Shown: positions 10,170 to 20,633 of the stretch, piece by piece
Layout of the letters: every line of letters starts with the position of its first letter
Numbering within the stretch: position 1 is the stretch's first letter
IMG/VR virus record: IMGVR_UViG_3300013121_000030
Location: 170,245 to 234,244 of that record
Direction: 5' to 3' (one strand)
DNA: 64,000 bases
Source: an uncultured virus (IMG/VR IMGVR_UViG_3300013121_000030)
Taxonomy: Duplodnaviria; Heunggongvirae; Uroviricota; Caudoviricetes
Program-made: the position numbers and the translations under genes
The notes under the pieces: generated by a model
Databases searched by the model: none
Seen by the model: only the letters and a program-made list of their open reading frames with translations
What the model was told of the DNA's origin: nothing

Positions 10170-10699
10170 CAATCGACTGGACCCTTGCAGGAGAGGCGAT
10201 TCGGTTCTACCAGTCCAAAGGTTACGTCCACGTTTGGACCCCATGGATTGTTTCTCGCCGCTACATCGACGCTACACTCCCCGTGGGAGTAGATCCTTTT
10301 CGCTGCGGATATGGATGGCTCGTAGGGTCCGCAGAGCAAGGATTCCTTGCAATGGCTCCCCATCTGAAGAAAGGGCAGCGCTATGTGTCCGCGGGTCCGT
10401 GCTTCCGACCAGAACATGACCCGTATCAGCTCAAGTGGCCATACTTCTTCAAAGTGGAGCTTTTTTCATTTTGCAACGTAGCCCAGCAATTTGTTGACGA
10501 CGCTAGGGAGTTCATGGAGAGTCGCCTCCCCATCCAAGTCGAAAAAACCTCCGCCGGAACGGACTTGATGTGTGGCGGCATCGAATTGGGATCGTATGGG
10601 AGCCGTCAATCGCCCGAGTTGGGCGATTGGAGTTATGGGACAGGACTCGCACTCCCTAGGTTTTCGATCGCCCAAAGAGTCTACGGACGACTCTCTTGA
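10166..10699 (+). CDS. Minimal class II aminoacyl-tRNA synthetase-like catalytic domain
   Basis: Motif 1 FYQSKGYVHVWTP, motif 2 GPCFRPE...YFFKVELF, motif 3 GTGLALPR, IELGS; TTG start overlaps the upstream stop. Confidence 0.65.
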   Translation: MTIDWTLAGEAIRFYQSKGYVHVWTPWIVSRRYIDATLPVGVDPFRCGYGWLVGSAEQGFLAMAPHLKKGQRYVSAGPCFRPEHDPYQLKWPYFFKVELFSFCNVAQQFVDDAREFMESRLPIQVEKTSAGTDLMCGGIELGSYGSRQSPELGDWSYGTGLALPRFSIAQRVYGRLS

Positions 10700-10993
10700 C
10701 CCTCTCCCAGGGAGTTTCCCAGGGGAACTCCTGGGCCAATTTCAGTTGAGCATTGTGGAGTTCTTGGCATTGGAGTCGCTGATAATCCCGCATGGCCATG
10801 CGTTGCTGGTGGTCCCGCTCCGACCTTGCATATCCGACCAGAAAGTGCAGAACCCCAGGGATTATTTCGTAGTCCTCCCATGAGGATCCGGGAGGAACGA
10901 TGGTATTGAAGTAGGGCTCAAAAGAAGAGAAGTCCGGGAGGTTCCGGACTTCTTGGACAGTTTGCGGTTCCCTCATAAGAGGGATACCCAGGG

Positions 10994-11773
10994 TCACTCG
11001 ATGGGGGCCTGGTCCTTCAGCTTGTTCAGGACGGGACCCATCCTGGACACGATTGTCTGGAGCTGGTCTGTGGCCTCTTTCAACTGGTCCGACAAGGTTC
11101 CGCTGAGGAGTGTCATGAGAGCGTCATCCTCGTAGGCTTCCGAAGCACGCTCAAAGGATTGGGACTCGACGGCTCGGAGGAACGTCTCCATGGCCTTTCC
11201 AGCCCCCTGGACTTCAGAGGTGATGTCGGAGATCCTGGATGTAAGATTCTTCCAAGCTTCGCGGAGGGGCTTTCGGAGCGTCTTGGCTCGTGCAGCGGCA
11301 CCTGCCTGGGCGGCGCGGAAACTCATGTACTGCTGGGTGATCCGTTGGAGGTCGGGGAGGAAGACAGGATTCGTCTGGAGAAGCCCCCAGAGAACCTCAA
11401 TGTCCGAGGAAGCCTTCTGGAAGTCATCTTTCCCTGTGAGGACAACGTTTTGGTAGGGGTGGGCAGCTGAGGTGAGATCCGAATAGAGCTGTGCTTCGCC
11501 AAAGGTCAGCTCATCGCGCATGGCTTCCGCAGCCGCAATCAGCTCCTCCTTTTTGGACTGAATGGTATCCAAGAAGTCTGCGAGTTCTTCCTCATCCTCC
11601 ACCTCCTGGAAGAGATATTCGAGGTTCGTGAAGTACGGACCGACGAGATCCACCAACTTCCAGAAACGAGCGTCGGCAAGATCCGCTGCAACCTTCAGCT
11701 CTTGGCGGAGGAGCCGAGCAAAGGTAGGGTCTGAAGAAGCGAGGCGATAAGCTTGGTGTGCGATCCGGTTCAT
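10994..11773 (-). CDS. Hypothetical helical protein
   Basis: 259 aa ORF. Confidence 0.6.
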   Translation of the reverse strand: MNRIAHQAYRLASSDPTFARLLRQELKVAADLADARFWKLVDLVGPYFTNLEYLFQEVEDEEELADFLDTIQSKKEELIAAAEAMRDELTFGEAQLYSDLTSAAHPYQNVVLTGKDDFQKASSDIEVLWGLLQTNPVFLPDLQRITQQYMSFRAAQAGAAARAKTLRKPLREAWKNLTSRISDITSEVQGAGKAMETFLRAVESQSFERASEAYEDDALMTLLSGTLSDQLKEATDQLQTIVSRMGPVLNKLKDQAPIE

Positions 11774-12105
11774 CTCGAACTTACGACGAGATAAACGGAA
11801 AAGCGACTGCCACAGATGTTGGGTGCAGCTCCTCGAAAATCCTTCGGAGAATATTTACAAAACGGTCTTCCTCGTCCTCTCGGACTTTCTGGTGTACGAA
11901 TTGTGTCCCTTCTCCGAGGACCTTCCTGTAAGCGTCTCGAATTCTATTCTGCTCACGGGCACGAAGTTCAGGCGCAAAGGCGCAGGCTCGGGCCTGGAGG
12001 AGGAGAAGAAATTGAAGCTCGATGGCCTCGAAGGAAGATCCCCACATTTTTGGGGTTGAGAAGATGGAGAAGATGGATTCATCCGCCCAATCCCGAATCG
12101 TTTTC

Positions 12106-12912
12106 TCATCCATGTTTCTGGGTCCACCGCGTGAAGAGGTCGGCGATCTCAAAGATTCGGCGGACGGACTTGTCCGCCGTGGGAAGATCCGTGATGTCCG
12201 CCTTGCATTCCAGGTCAATTGCAGGAACCTTTAGGGTGTCCTCCACCCAGAGGGGCAGGGGCCCCAGGAGGCGGGGCTGTGCCAGCGAGTAGTGGCCGTC
12301 TTCCTTACGGATGTAGTAGCCGTGCAGCACAACGTGGAGCCACTCCTGGTACACGAACCCCACATCGAAGGGGGTCGACAGACCATCCTCCTCGAAAATG
12401 GAGGCTGCCAGATCCCCAGAGTGGGCACAATGGGTGCCCGCCAGAATCCCCTCCGCGTGCATCGAGATGACCCCCGCGATCTCCTCCTGGAAGGCAATCT
12501 CCAAGATGTCAGCCTGGATTCGGCGGCAGAGGTCCACCATCTCGGGATGCCGGAGGGCACCTCGCCAGAGGCGAAGATTCTCAGGCTGAGCCTTCGCTTC
12601 CATGGCGGAAGAGAGGAAGGCGTGGTTCATGTTCCCTTCGGCATCAATGCCTCCAGGGTCTGGGTTGATGTGGCGAACCACCCAGAAGGGAGGATGGTTG
12701 GCCGGAACCACTGGCCCATCCTGGCCTTCGGGCCAAGGACCTGACTGCGGCCCCGACTTGAAGGACGGACCAAAGCACAACCCCCTCACCAGTTCGTGGA
12801 CGGCCGTCTCCGCAGCCCACTCCGCCACGTGGATCCCCGAGACGAGGATGATGGCCGAAGCCTTCTGGAGGTTGCCGCGGCCCGGATAACGAGTCCACCG
12901 AAGGTTCGGCAT
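12106..12912 (-). CDS. Hypothetical protein (leaderless start)
   Basis: ATG 12912 lies 6 nt after the -10 of promoter 12919-12947. Confidence 0.6.
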   Translation of the reverse strand: MPNLRWTRYPGRGNLQKASAIILVSGIHVAEWAAETAVHELVRGLCFGPSFKSGPQSGPWPEGQDGPVVPANHPPFWVVRHINPDPGGIDAEGNMNHAFLSSAMEAKAQPENLRLWRGALRHPEMVDLCRRIQADILEIAFQEEIAGVISMHAEGILAGTHCAHSGDLAASIFEEDGLSTPFDVGFVYQEWLHVVLHGYYIRKEDGHYSLAQPRLLGPLPLWVEDTLKVPAIDLECKADITDLPTADKSVRRIFEIADLFTRWTQKHG

Positions 12913-12918
12913 GGATGA

Positions 12919-12988
12919 AATGTAGCACGACAACGCTCATCTTACACATGAGAAAGTTGGTGTAACATCTGCCTACATGTGCTACACT
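12919..12988. promoter_or_regulatory. Back-to-back pair of phage promoter motifs
   Basis: Minus copy 12919-12947 and plus copy 12960-12988, each with ATG 6 nt downstream. Confidence 0.75.
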
Positions 12989-13276
12989 GTCTCCATGCTC
13001 TTCAGCATTGTGAATCTTCTGGTCCAGGTCTCCTTGGTGGGCCTTCTTGTCCTGGCGTTTCTCCAGCCCTCGCTCCTCATGGCGGGGTTGCTTGGGGCCG
13101 CGATCGTGTGTGATCGCGTCTTTCGCGCCGGGTTCAGGTGTCCCCAGGGGCCACGATGCCGCTGAAGACAGCGGGCATGGCAAAGGGGATCAGAACGACC
13201 ACCCAGGACCACTCCACGAAGCCCAGCAGCTTGGCGACAATGACCGCAATTCCAATCACAGCCCACATGGCAAGCC

Positions 13277-13882
13277 TCACACGCGGACCTGGGGTCCAGT
13301 GTTGGTCTGGTTGACGGACTCGTACCACTCTTCCCACCCAGGGAGTAGAGAGTAGAGGACATCCACTTCGGGGAGCGAGAACCCCGAAGCACGACAGGTA
13401 TCAATAATCTGGCGGGCCCGCATTAGACAGACGGAGGCTCGCCGAAGAATCGAATCGACACGGAGTTGGAGGAAGGTGGACTGGACATTTCGGAAGGAGA
13501 CGTCACACTTCTTCCGAAGTTCGGGGTCTTGGAGTGCCTTCTCCAGCTCTTCCTGGCAGGCGGCTCGCTCGGATCGGAGATGATCCACCAGAGCCTTCAC
13601 AGTGAGGTTTCGACTCTCCTCGAAGGAGAGTTCAGGGCCATCATCTCGGATGGTGTCCTCCTCCAGATTTGCTCCACCCACCTCAAACTTTCGCCCCTCC
13701 GCAAGGAAGGGCTTCCCCAGACCTGGGGCGCGAGTCACACCCACGATCGGGCCCTCAACGCGCCATGCGCGCTGTCCCATGGACACGACCTGAAGGGGTC
13801 CGCAGAGGTAGGACCCCCACGAGGGGGAGCTGAGGACCGCAAAACGGCCCTGAACCCGTGCGATTGCATCAGTCTTCCTCAT
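13277..13882 (-). CDS. Hypothetical protein (leaderless start)
   Basis: ATG 13882 lies 6 nt after the promoter -10. Confidence 0.55.
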   Translation of the reverse strand: MRKTDAIARVQGRFAVLSSPSWGSYLCGPLQVVSMGQRAWRVEGPIVGVTRAPGLGKPFLAEGRKFEVGGANLEEDTIRDDGPELSFEESRNLTVKALVDHLRSERAACQEELEKALQDPELRKKCDVSFRNVQSTFLQLRVDSILRRASVCLMRARQIIDTCRASGFSLPEVDVLYSLLPGWEEWYESVNQTNTGPQVRV

Positions 13883-13888
13883 AACCCA

Positions 13889-13969
13889 GGTGTAGCACGT
13901 CACTCCCTGGATTACACAACGAAAATATTCTACGATGGGGGTGTAACTTAGGCTCTGCCGTGCTACACA
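13889..13969. promoter_or_regulatory. Back-to-back pair of phage promoter motifs
   Basis: Minus copy 13889-13917 and plus copy 13941-13969. Confidence 0.75.
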
Positions 13970-13975
13970 TGAGAC

Positions 13976-14800
13976 ATGCGTCCTGACATGCACAAGGTTC
14001 TGACGGAGCGTCCGCGTGAGCATCGTCGTAAGGGGGAAGGGTCTTTCTTCCATGAGATTCGGCCCGCTCGTCGTGGGCCTCAGGTTCGGGACATGGAGGA
14101 GGCAGAGGACCTGCCCTCCTCTCCCTCGGGTGAGGGGATGAGGCGTGCAGCCTCAGAGGTGCTGAGCTACGACCGGAAGACCTTCTCGGACCTCCTGGGC
14201 CCTCTTCGTCGGTTCCTCGCCTCTCAGGCGGGGCGTCCCTGGGACAAGGTCCAGAGCGAGATCTCGAAGCACCTCCCGCGCCGTGGCAACACGGTCCAGG
14301 CTCACATCTGGCAGCACATCGACCACCTCGTTGAGACTCGGTGTGTTCGAGAGGGTCACCTGATCCTCGACTCCAAGGGGGAGGTCATCGTGGACCTCCA
14401 TGAAGGTTCGTTCAGGCGGTGGTTCGCTGCCTTCTACGTCGCCCAAGATGGGATCCTGAGGAAGGTGCCCATGTCGAAGAAGGCGAAGCCTGCGCAGGAG
14501 GACGACCCCAAGGCCCTCAAGTTCCACTGGCTCACGCGCCCCAAGGATGGGCGTGCCAAGGCGGCTGTTCGGTGGGAGGGGATCTGGTATCAGGTGGACC
14601 TGGCGGATAAGCCCAAGGTTCCGAGTCTGGATTGCATCTTCTCGGACATCTTCTTCCCCTTCCGCTTCCATGCGTCCGAACTCAATCGGTCCACGTCCTG
14701 GGAGCAGGCTCGTACTCCCTGGGGTGCGGTGGGGATGTACGCCGTGTCCAAGACCCAGATGTCCAAGAAGGGTATTCGAGACCTTCCCAAGGCTGCATGA
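13976..14800 (+). CDS. Hypothetical protein, translationally coupled to the serpin
   Basis: Leaderless ATG; ATGA overlap with 14797. Confidence 0.65.
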   Translation: MRPDMHKVLTERPREHRRKGEGSFFHEIRPARRGPQVRDMEEAEDLPSSPSGEGMRRAASEVLSYDRKTFSDLLGPLRRFLASQAGRPWDKVQSEISKHLPRRGNTVQAHIWQHIDHLVETRCVREGHLILDSKGEVIVDLHEGSFRRWFAAFYVAQDGILRKVPMSKKAKPAQEDDPKALKFHWLTRPKDGRAKAAVRWEGIWYQVDLADKPKVPSLDCIFSDIFFPFRFHASELNRSTSWEQARTPWGAVGMYAVSKTQMSKKGIRDLPKAA

Positions 14801-15828
14801 ACAACACAAACAACACATTCGCAATCAACCTCTTTGGTCTCCTCTCTCCAGAGGAGACCACGGTGTTCTCTCCAATCTCCGTCCGAACGGCTCTCCACAT
14901 GGTCTACATGGGGTCAGCCAACGCCACCGCTGTGGATCTTCGCAAGGCATTGGTCCTCTTTCCAGGAGAGCGTCCGTGGGTTCCTTCGAGGTTCCGACAC
15001 CTGCGGTTGGACGTCGCCAACTGTGTGTGGGTCAAGGACCCCGATCCTACTCTCTCGACCTATCGAGAGACGCTGCTCCGGGAATTTGGAGCTGATGTGG
15101 GGGTTCTTCCAAAGGAAGCTTCCTCAGCCGCCGCTGTGGTCAACGACTGGGTTGCGGAGAAGACAGGGGGGAAGATCCCTCAGATTGCGGATGCCTCCTC
15201 CTTCCAGGGGGTGGGCATCGTCCTCACCAATGCAATCTACTTCCGCGGGGAGTGGGAGAATCCGTTTCCTCGCCATTACACCGCACCCCGTGTCTTCCAC
15301 GGTTCTGCCAAGGATTCGACGGTGCCCTTCATGGATGGCACCATGAAGGTGGGGATTCATCAGGATTCCACGATGACAGTCGTGAGTATTCCATTCAGGG
15401 ACTATGAAGCCTTCCTGACCATCATCATGCCGTCCAATGTGGGGGACATCCCCAAGGCGTTAGGGTGGCTAGACACCCCTCTTCGGGTTCAGGAAGTTGC
15501 TGTGGTTCTTCCCAAGATTCGGCTCGATGGGTCAGCGGAGCTGACTGGCCCTCTCACCGAAATGGGCGCGGGGATCCTCTTCCAGCCAGCGGCCAATCTC
15601 TCAGGGATGACGGGGGATCTCTCGTGTCGTGTCTCCTCTGTGCTCCACCGGGCTGTTCTGGAGTTGGATGAGGATGGGGCGACCGCCGCTGCTGCAACTG
15701 CGGTTCTCATTACGCGGGGGATTCCCATCATGGATCCACCCAAGGTGGTGGTGGATCGGCCCTTTGTGTTCGCCCTGGTGGACGAGGTGGGGACGATTCT
15801 TTTCGCTGGCAGGGTGACAGATCTCTGA
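14797..15828 (+). CDS. Serpin (serine protease inhibitor family)
   Basis: VFSPISV, VNDWVAEKTGGKI, LTNAIYFRGEWENPF, hinge LDEDGATAAAATA and DRPFVF...ILFAGRV signature. Confidence 0.92.
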   Translation: MNNTNNTFAINLFGLLSPEETTVFSPISVRTALHMVYMGSANATAVDLRKALVLFPGERPWVPSRFRHLRLDVANCVWVKDPDPTLSTYRETLLREFGADVGVLPKEASSAAAVVNDWVAEKTGGKIPQIADASSFQGVGIVLTNAIYFRGEWENPFPRHYTAPRVFHGSAKDSTVPFMDGTMKVGIHQDSTMTVVSIPFRDYEAFLTIIMPSNVGDIPKALGWLDTPLRVQEVAVVLPKIRLDGSAELTGPLTEMGAGILFQPAANLSGMTGDLSCRVSSVLHRAVLELDEDGATAAAATAVLITRGIPIMDPPKVVVDRPFVFALVDEVGTILFAGRVTDL

Positions 15829-16388
15829 TGAGCCCTGTTCCCTCGTGGGTGGTGATTTTGGGGCGAAAAGTAGCTCATTGGTGCCGCTCCATGGATTCAG
15901 GTTAAACGGAATGCCTCCACGGGGCGTTGAGGTTCTCAACGTGGAAAGGTGGCAAATTTGGAGACGGAGAAGACAATGCTGACTGACGTTCAGATCGACA
16001 CGACTCTCAAGACTACCTTCGCCAACGATGAGGTCGCCAAGCGCTATCTCGACGCGGCTCAGCGTCGGACTCTCCTAATGATGTCCACCGTCCCCCCACG
16101 GATCCTTCTGGGGGTCTGCGATCATTTCAGGATGTAGCCCCGATAAGTGACACACATGGAACAATACGACTTCGAGTCCTTCTTCGAGGAAGAAAACCGG
16201 ATGAATCGGGAGATGTCCTATCGCCTGTCCAACTCTCAACTCCGAATGTGGAAGCGAGGCGATGAGGAACAATTCACGATCATCGCGGATCTTTCGGAGT
16301 GGGCTCGCTCCAGAGGAGCAAAAGTCCTTGAGATTCGGTGTCCACAGTCCAATTCCGTCCTGGATACCGTCCCTCTTTGGAGCTGAGA

Positions 16389-17435
16389 ATGTCGACCTAC
16401 TTGAAGATCGCGGCCATGTTGATGGGGGGAGCTGCCGGGGATGCTGTGGGTTCCCCGTGTGAGGGAGACTCGCAGGATGATTGTCTCCGATACATCACCA
16501 CTCACTTTGAGAAGTGGTCCTTTTTTGGAGTGCATCGGGGACCATGGCCCTTTGGCCAAATAACGGACGACACCCAATTGACTCTTGGTCTTGTCCGTTC
16601 ATTGCTTCGATGTGGTGGATGGTCCCCTGAAGACTTTGCCCATGAACTGGTGGATCTCTTCTCCAGAGATCGCGTGATTGGATTTGGGTCAGGAACCCGA
16701 GAGGCTGTGTTGAGGCTTGAGGAAGGGACTCCGTGGTCTTCTGCTGGCAACATGGGGGACGGGAATGGTGGAGCGATGCGAGCTGCTCCCATTGGAGTGG
16801 TGGCTCCGGACCTGGCAACATGTTGTCGGTGGGCTCTTGAGCAGGCCCACATAACTCATGCCTCGCCAACAGCCCGCACTGCCTCTGCAGTTGTGGCTCT
16901 GGCTGTGGCCCTCGCACTGGAGGACACAGGCGAGTTTCGCAAGCACCCGGTACGTCTTCTCTTGAGGATTCAAGAGATTTTGGATGTTGAAGTCCCGCGG
17001 AATGCACAAGGAGCTTGGCCTGGGAAATTGGAGGAGATGGCGAACCTTCTTGCCCCCATCGAAGGTCCCTTTGGAGGTGAGGTTGGGGTGGATGCGTTTC
17101 GGGCCACAGGTGAGTGGCTTTTGTCCCTCCAATCCCCCTCAGATTGGGAGGGGATCTCGCCCTTCGCTATGACCTCAGTGCTGTGGTCTTTGGCTTGCGT
17201 TGTAACGGCTACGATTTGGGATGGGGCAGTTCCATTGGCGATGTCAATGGGTGGAGATGTGGACTCCACAGCGGCGATCGCGGGATCGGTCGTTGGAGCC
17301 CTAACTGGGGAAACCCCTCCCAAGGAGATCGAGAATCTGCTTGTAGACTATGGGGACCCAATCCCTTGGGCGAAAATCGCCCAAGATCTCTTCAATCTGA
17401 GGACGAGGCTTCGAGCCTCAAAGGAGTTGTCGTGA
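16389..17435 (+). CDS. ADP-ribosylglycohydrolase (DraG/ARH family)
   Basis: GDAVG, TDDTQ, GNGGAMR, THA and GGDVDSTAAIAG motifs. Confidence 0.9.
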   Translation: MSTYLKIAAMLMGGAAGDAVGSPCEGDSQDDCLRYITTHFEKWSFFGVHRGPWPFGQITDDTQLTLGLVRSLLRCGGWSPEDFAHELVDLFSRDRVIGFGSGTREAVLRLEEGTPWSSAGNMGDGNGGAMRAAPIGVVAPDLATCCRWALEQAHITHASPTARTASAVVALAVALALEDTGEFRKHPVRLLLRIQEILDVEVPRNAQGAWPGKLEEMANLLAPIEGPFGGEVGVDAFRATGEWLLSLQSPSDWEGISPFAMTSVLWSLACVVTATIWDGAVPLAMSMGGDVDSTAAIAGSVVGALTGETPPKEIENLLVDYGDPIPWAKIAQDLFNLRTRLRASKELS

Positions 17436-17485
17436 GAACCATTTTCATCCTCCTCGCCCTTGCCGGTCGTTTCGTTGCATTGGCC

Positions 17486-18343
17486 TCAGTCTTGGCTGGT
17501 CTCTTGGTCCTCATTGGAGCCGAGATTGGCCTCTCTGGGTGGCAATGCATTTTGACCTGGGCCACAGGCATCGTGATCGCCGTCACTGCCGAACTCATCT
17601 GCTCTGTAGAGTGAGAGTTCGTGGAGAATGTCTCGAATCCAGGCGGTGTACAGCGACTTGATTTCGTTGCTCTGCTGGGCGAGACGGAGCCAAGCGTCAA
17701 AATCCAGAGGGATCCGGAAAGACGGATTGTTGTCTTCGAGGGCAATCTTGTCGAAGATCTTGAAAAGGTTGGAGGCGATCGTTCCCTCGCGGTCAATCTG
17801 TTTCGCTGCCTTGGCAGCGAGGGTTTTCTGCTGCTGGCTTAGAGCCGCCTTCCATGGCCTAATCTTCGGCTGGAACTTCTGGCGAATCTCCCCCATCCTC
17901 TTGGCGACGGGAGACTCTCCAGCCATCTTGACTCGGCCTGTCCTCTTGTACTCGTCCAGTCGGCTCATCCATGTGCTTTTGGGGAGCATGGGAGGCCGAG
18001 AGATGGTCACCTCGGCTTTCATGGATCCGAGGGAAAGTCTGATCTCTCGTAACGAATTGTTACGGAGGCCCATTGCAAAGATCAAGTCGTTGGTCTCACG
18101 AAGGCATTCCTGTGAGAGGCGATCCATCGCATCCTCGGCCTCCATCTGGACAGCGGCACAGATGGTAGCCAGCATATCGATCTGATCTTTCACCTTGGAT
18201 AAGGGTGAAAGATCAGAGTCGAATACTTCAATGATTTTTTTGAGAATGGCGTCTGAGGGGCTTGATGATCCCCCCTCGTTAATGTCGAGGCTCAGGACGG
18301 CTTGGTTCTCATCGAAATCGAGAGAAATGTGGGGCGATCTCAT
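17486..18343 (-). CDS. Hypothetical protein
   Basis: 285 aa ORF. Confidence 0.5.
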   Translation of the reverse strand: MRSPHISLDFDENQAVLSLDINEGGSSSPSDAILKKIIEVFDSDLSPLSKVKDQIDMLATICAAVQMEAEDAMDRLSQECLRETNDLIFAMGLRNNSLREIRLSLGSMKAEVTISRPPMLPKSTWMSRLDEYKRTGRVKMAGESPVAKRMGEIRQKFQPKIRPWKAALSQQQKTLAAKAAKQIDREGTIASNLFKIFDKIALEDNNPSFRIPLDFDAWLRLAQQSNEIKSLYTAWIRDILHELSLYRADEFGSDGDHDACGPGQNALPPREANLGSNEDQETSQD

Positions 18344-18654
18344 ATTTGGATGCGCCCTATGAGAATTCTATTGGGTCAGAGTCCCAGGAGGTTCTTCCAC
18401 CAGTTGGGGTCGGAAACCCCTCCACAGTTTGTGCAGTCGGGAGGCGGAGGCGGCGGGGAGCACGTTGTGGTTTCCTCGCAAACCAAGGGAGTCAGCCGGC
18501 ACCGCTTGATGTACAGGTTTTTGACCGTGCTCTATACGAAGACACCGGAATATTCGTATGGAGGATTCCAACCCTGAGGGTCAGCGTGGGCAGTGTGGGA
18601 AGAGAGAAGGGCTCCCAGTGTTACTGGTCGTTAACTTTGGGTATGTAAGACAAC

Positions 18655-19773
18655 ATGACCCTCAAAGAGCGGCTGATTGTGTTGGTTGGATGTTCTCCTC
18701 GCACCTCACAACAAGAGTCAAGGCTTAAAACCTTGACACCTGACCACACCGACATGGTGTTGGGCTTTTTGGACGGAAATAAGTCGCAAGCACAACTTGC
18801 CAAAGAATTGAAGGTTGTGCCTTCCACAATCGGGCACAGGCTGGAGAATGTCCTCAAAATTCTGGAAGAGACTTCCCTGGAAGTGCCCGCCCCATACCCC
18901 CCTTATGAGGGGAAGAAGCCCTGGACACCTCCACCTTGGTGGTTCGGAGAAGAAAAACCCGCAACAGGGGCGGGGAGTAAGCTGGTTGAGATATCTCCAA
19001 CAATCGCCAGCGATATGTTGCGGTACAACCGCAAAAACCGCCCAATGAAGAAATCACATTGGGAAAGACTTGCGCAGGCCATGTTGGATGGTGCGTTTGT
19101 TACAACTCCAGATGCGATCGCCTTCGATGTTTCTTCTAACCTGGTGAATGGTCAACATCGACTCCAAGCCCTCATTGCCGCCAATTCGTCCCTGAAATTT
19201 ATTGTTAGCTGGGGTCATAACATGGATGCCTTCTGTTTTACCGATCGAGGGGCGAAAAGAACTGCGGGGGACGTTGCCAGCCTGGATGGCTTCAGGGATG
19301 GGAAAAAATGTAGGGCGATTGCCGCCCAGGCTATGGTTGTTTTGGATGCCTGGAATGGTGGAAGTGCGGATTTTTCGAGATCTCGTTTGCTTGGGGACCA
19401 TGATGTCCGCAATTGGATGTTGGCGCACCGAGAGGATCTGGAACATAGCTATGAGGCGACTCGTCATTTTTTCCCTTCAGCAATCTTCGGGGCTGTACAC
19501 TTCGCCGTTGGCCTTGCTAACCAGCCAAGGCTAGAGGACGCTTTTCGCAGAGCCAAGGAAGGAACCGCACGTGACAAGGATGATCCCGCATACCATATGC
19601 GGCAGCTCAACGAGATTAAGGACCGAGGAAATGAGTGGGTCTTCAAACTGTTGAAGCTTGTTTCGCGGGAGCTTGAAGATTCCAAGGTCAAAGCTCTGAG
19701 GAAACAAAAAAAAGAGAAGCTTCCTGGACCCCCAGCCGGGTGGAGAAAAGACGCGGCTCCGGGGAAGTTGTAG
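18655..19773 (+). CDS. HTH plus ParB/Srx-like domain protein
   Basis: SQAQLAKELKVVPSTIGHRL HTH; NRKNRP...IAFD...LVNGQHRLQALI. Confidence 0.7.
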   Translation: MTLKERLIVLVGCSPRTSQQESRLKTLTPDHTDMVLGFLDGNKSQAQLAKELKVVPSTIGHRLENVLKILEETSLEVPAPYPPYEGKKPWTPPPWWFGEEKPATGAGSKLVEISPTIASDMLRYNRKNRPMKKSHWERLAQAMLDGAFVTTPDAIAFDVSSNLVNGQHRLQALIAANSSLKFIVSWGHNMDAFCFTDRGAKRTAGDVASLDGFRDGKKCRAIAAQAMVVLDAWNGGSADFSRSRLLGDHDVRNWMLAHREDLEHSYEATRHFFPSAIFGAVHFAVGLANQPRLEDAFRRAKEGTARDKDDPAYHMRQLNEIKDRGNEWVFKLLKLVSRELEDSKVKALRKQKKEKLPGPPAGWRKDAAPGKL

Positions 19774-19784
19774 ATCCGGCCTCC

Positions 19785-20633
19785 TCACCCAAGGAAGGAC
19801 CTGGGGGACAGAATCCCTCGGCCAACGCTGGGACCGAAGGAGCTGCGGACGCCGAAGCCGAAGCGGGGCTGTTGGAGACCGCGGATGAACTTCACGGTTC
19901 GGGCCTTGTATTCGGCGGCCTTGTCGACCTGGCCCTCAGCGTTCTGCTTCAGGGACTCGTACTGAGAGGACTTGTTGATGTCGAGGGAGATTCCCCCGAT
20001 GGAGTACGAGAACTCATCTGCGACCCAGTTGGTGGCGAGAGCGAACAGGGCATGGACGGCAGCCCCCCAAAGGATCCATGTGGACCAACCAGGCATTTGG
20101 GCACAGAGCTGGTCCAGGGTCTGGATGTTCATGGTGGAGGGAGGCATGGACATGAACCAGTTGAGGCTCATCTCCAAATAGGTCTCCAGCTCGTAGTCCT
20201 CCCAAATGTAGCCGAAAACTCGGTTGTAGCGGCCTACGACTCCTTCTTGCTCTGGGGGACGGAACTTATAATTGCGGTCGGGGGAGTTGGAGACGAGAAG
20301 ACCAGATCTCACAAGGAGGTATCGGGAGGGGTGGTCAACAGTTAGATCATATACAAAATGGTCCTTGGTGGATGTTCGGACCTCGACGGATCCCACCCCC
20401 CATGCCTCGTTTACTTGCTTAGCCTCAATTTTGAGGTCAAGGTCTACAAATATTTTGTGGTCGGGGGTCATTCGTGAAGACCCCACTGGGGTGGTGACCT
20501 CCACCATATCGTCGTCATTCGGAAACCGACGAACGGCGCCTATGCGGCGCCAGCACAGGTTTCCCTCTTCATCAATGGTTTTGACGGCCAGAGATCCCTC
20601 GTGGTAGGCTTGGCGGATTTTATCGGCAATCAT
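19785..20633 (-). CDS. Fractured gene, 3' part: 116-aa C-intein plus C-extein (probable virion protein)
   Basis: Block B TPDHKIF, block F VYDLTV, block G GLLVSN followed by Ser (SPDRNY). Confidence 0.8.
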   Translation of the reverse strand: MIADKIRQAYHEGSLAVKTIDEEGNLCWRRIGAVRRFPNDDDMVEVTTPVGSSRMTPDHKIFVDLDLKIEAKQVNEAWGVGSVEVRTSTKDHFVYDLTVDHPSRYLLVRSGLLVSNSPDRNYKFRPPEQEGVVGRYNRVFGYIWEDYELETYLEMSLNWFMSMPPSTMNIQTLDQLCAQMPGWSTWILWGAAVHALFALATNWVADEFSYSIGGISLDINKSSQYESLKQNAEGQVDKAAEYKARTVKFIRGLQQPRFGFGVRSSFGPSVGRGILSPRSFLG

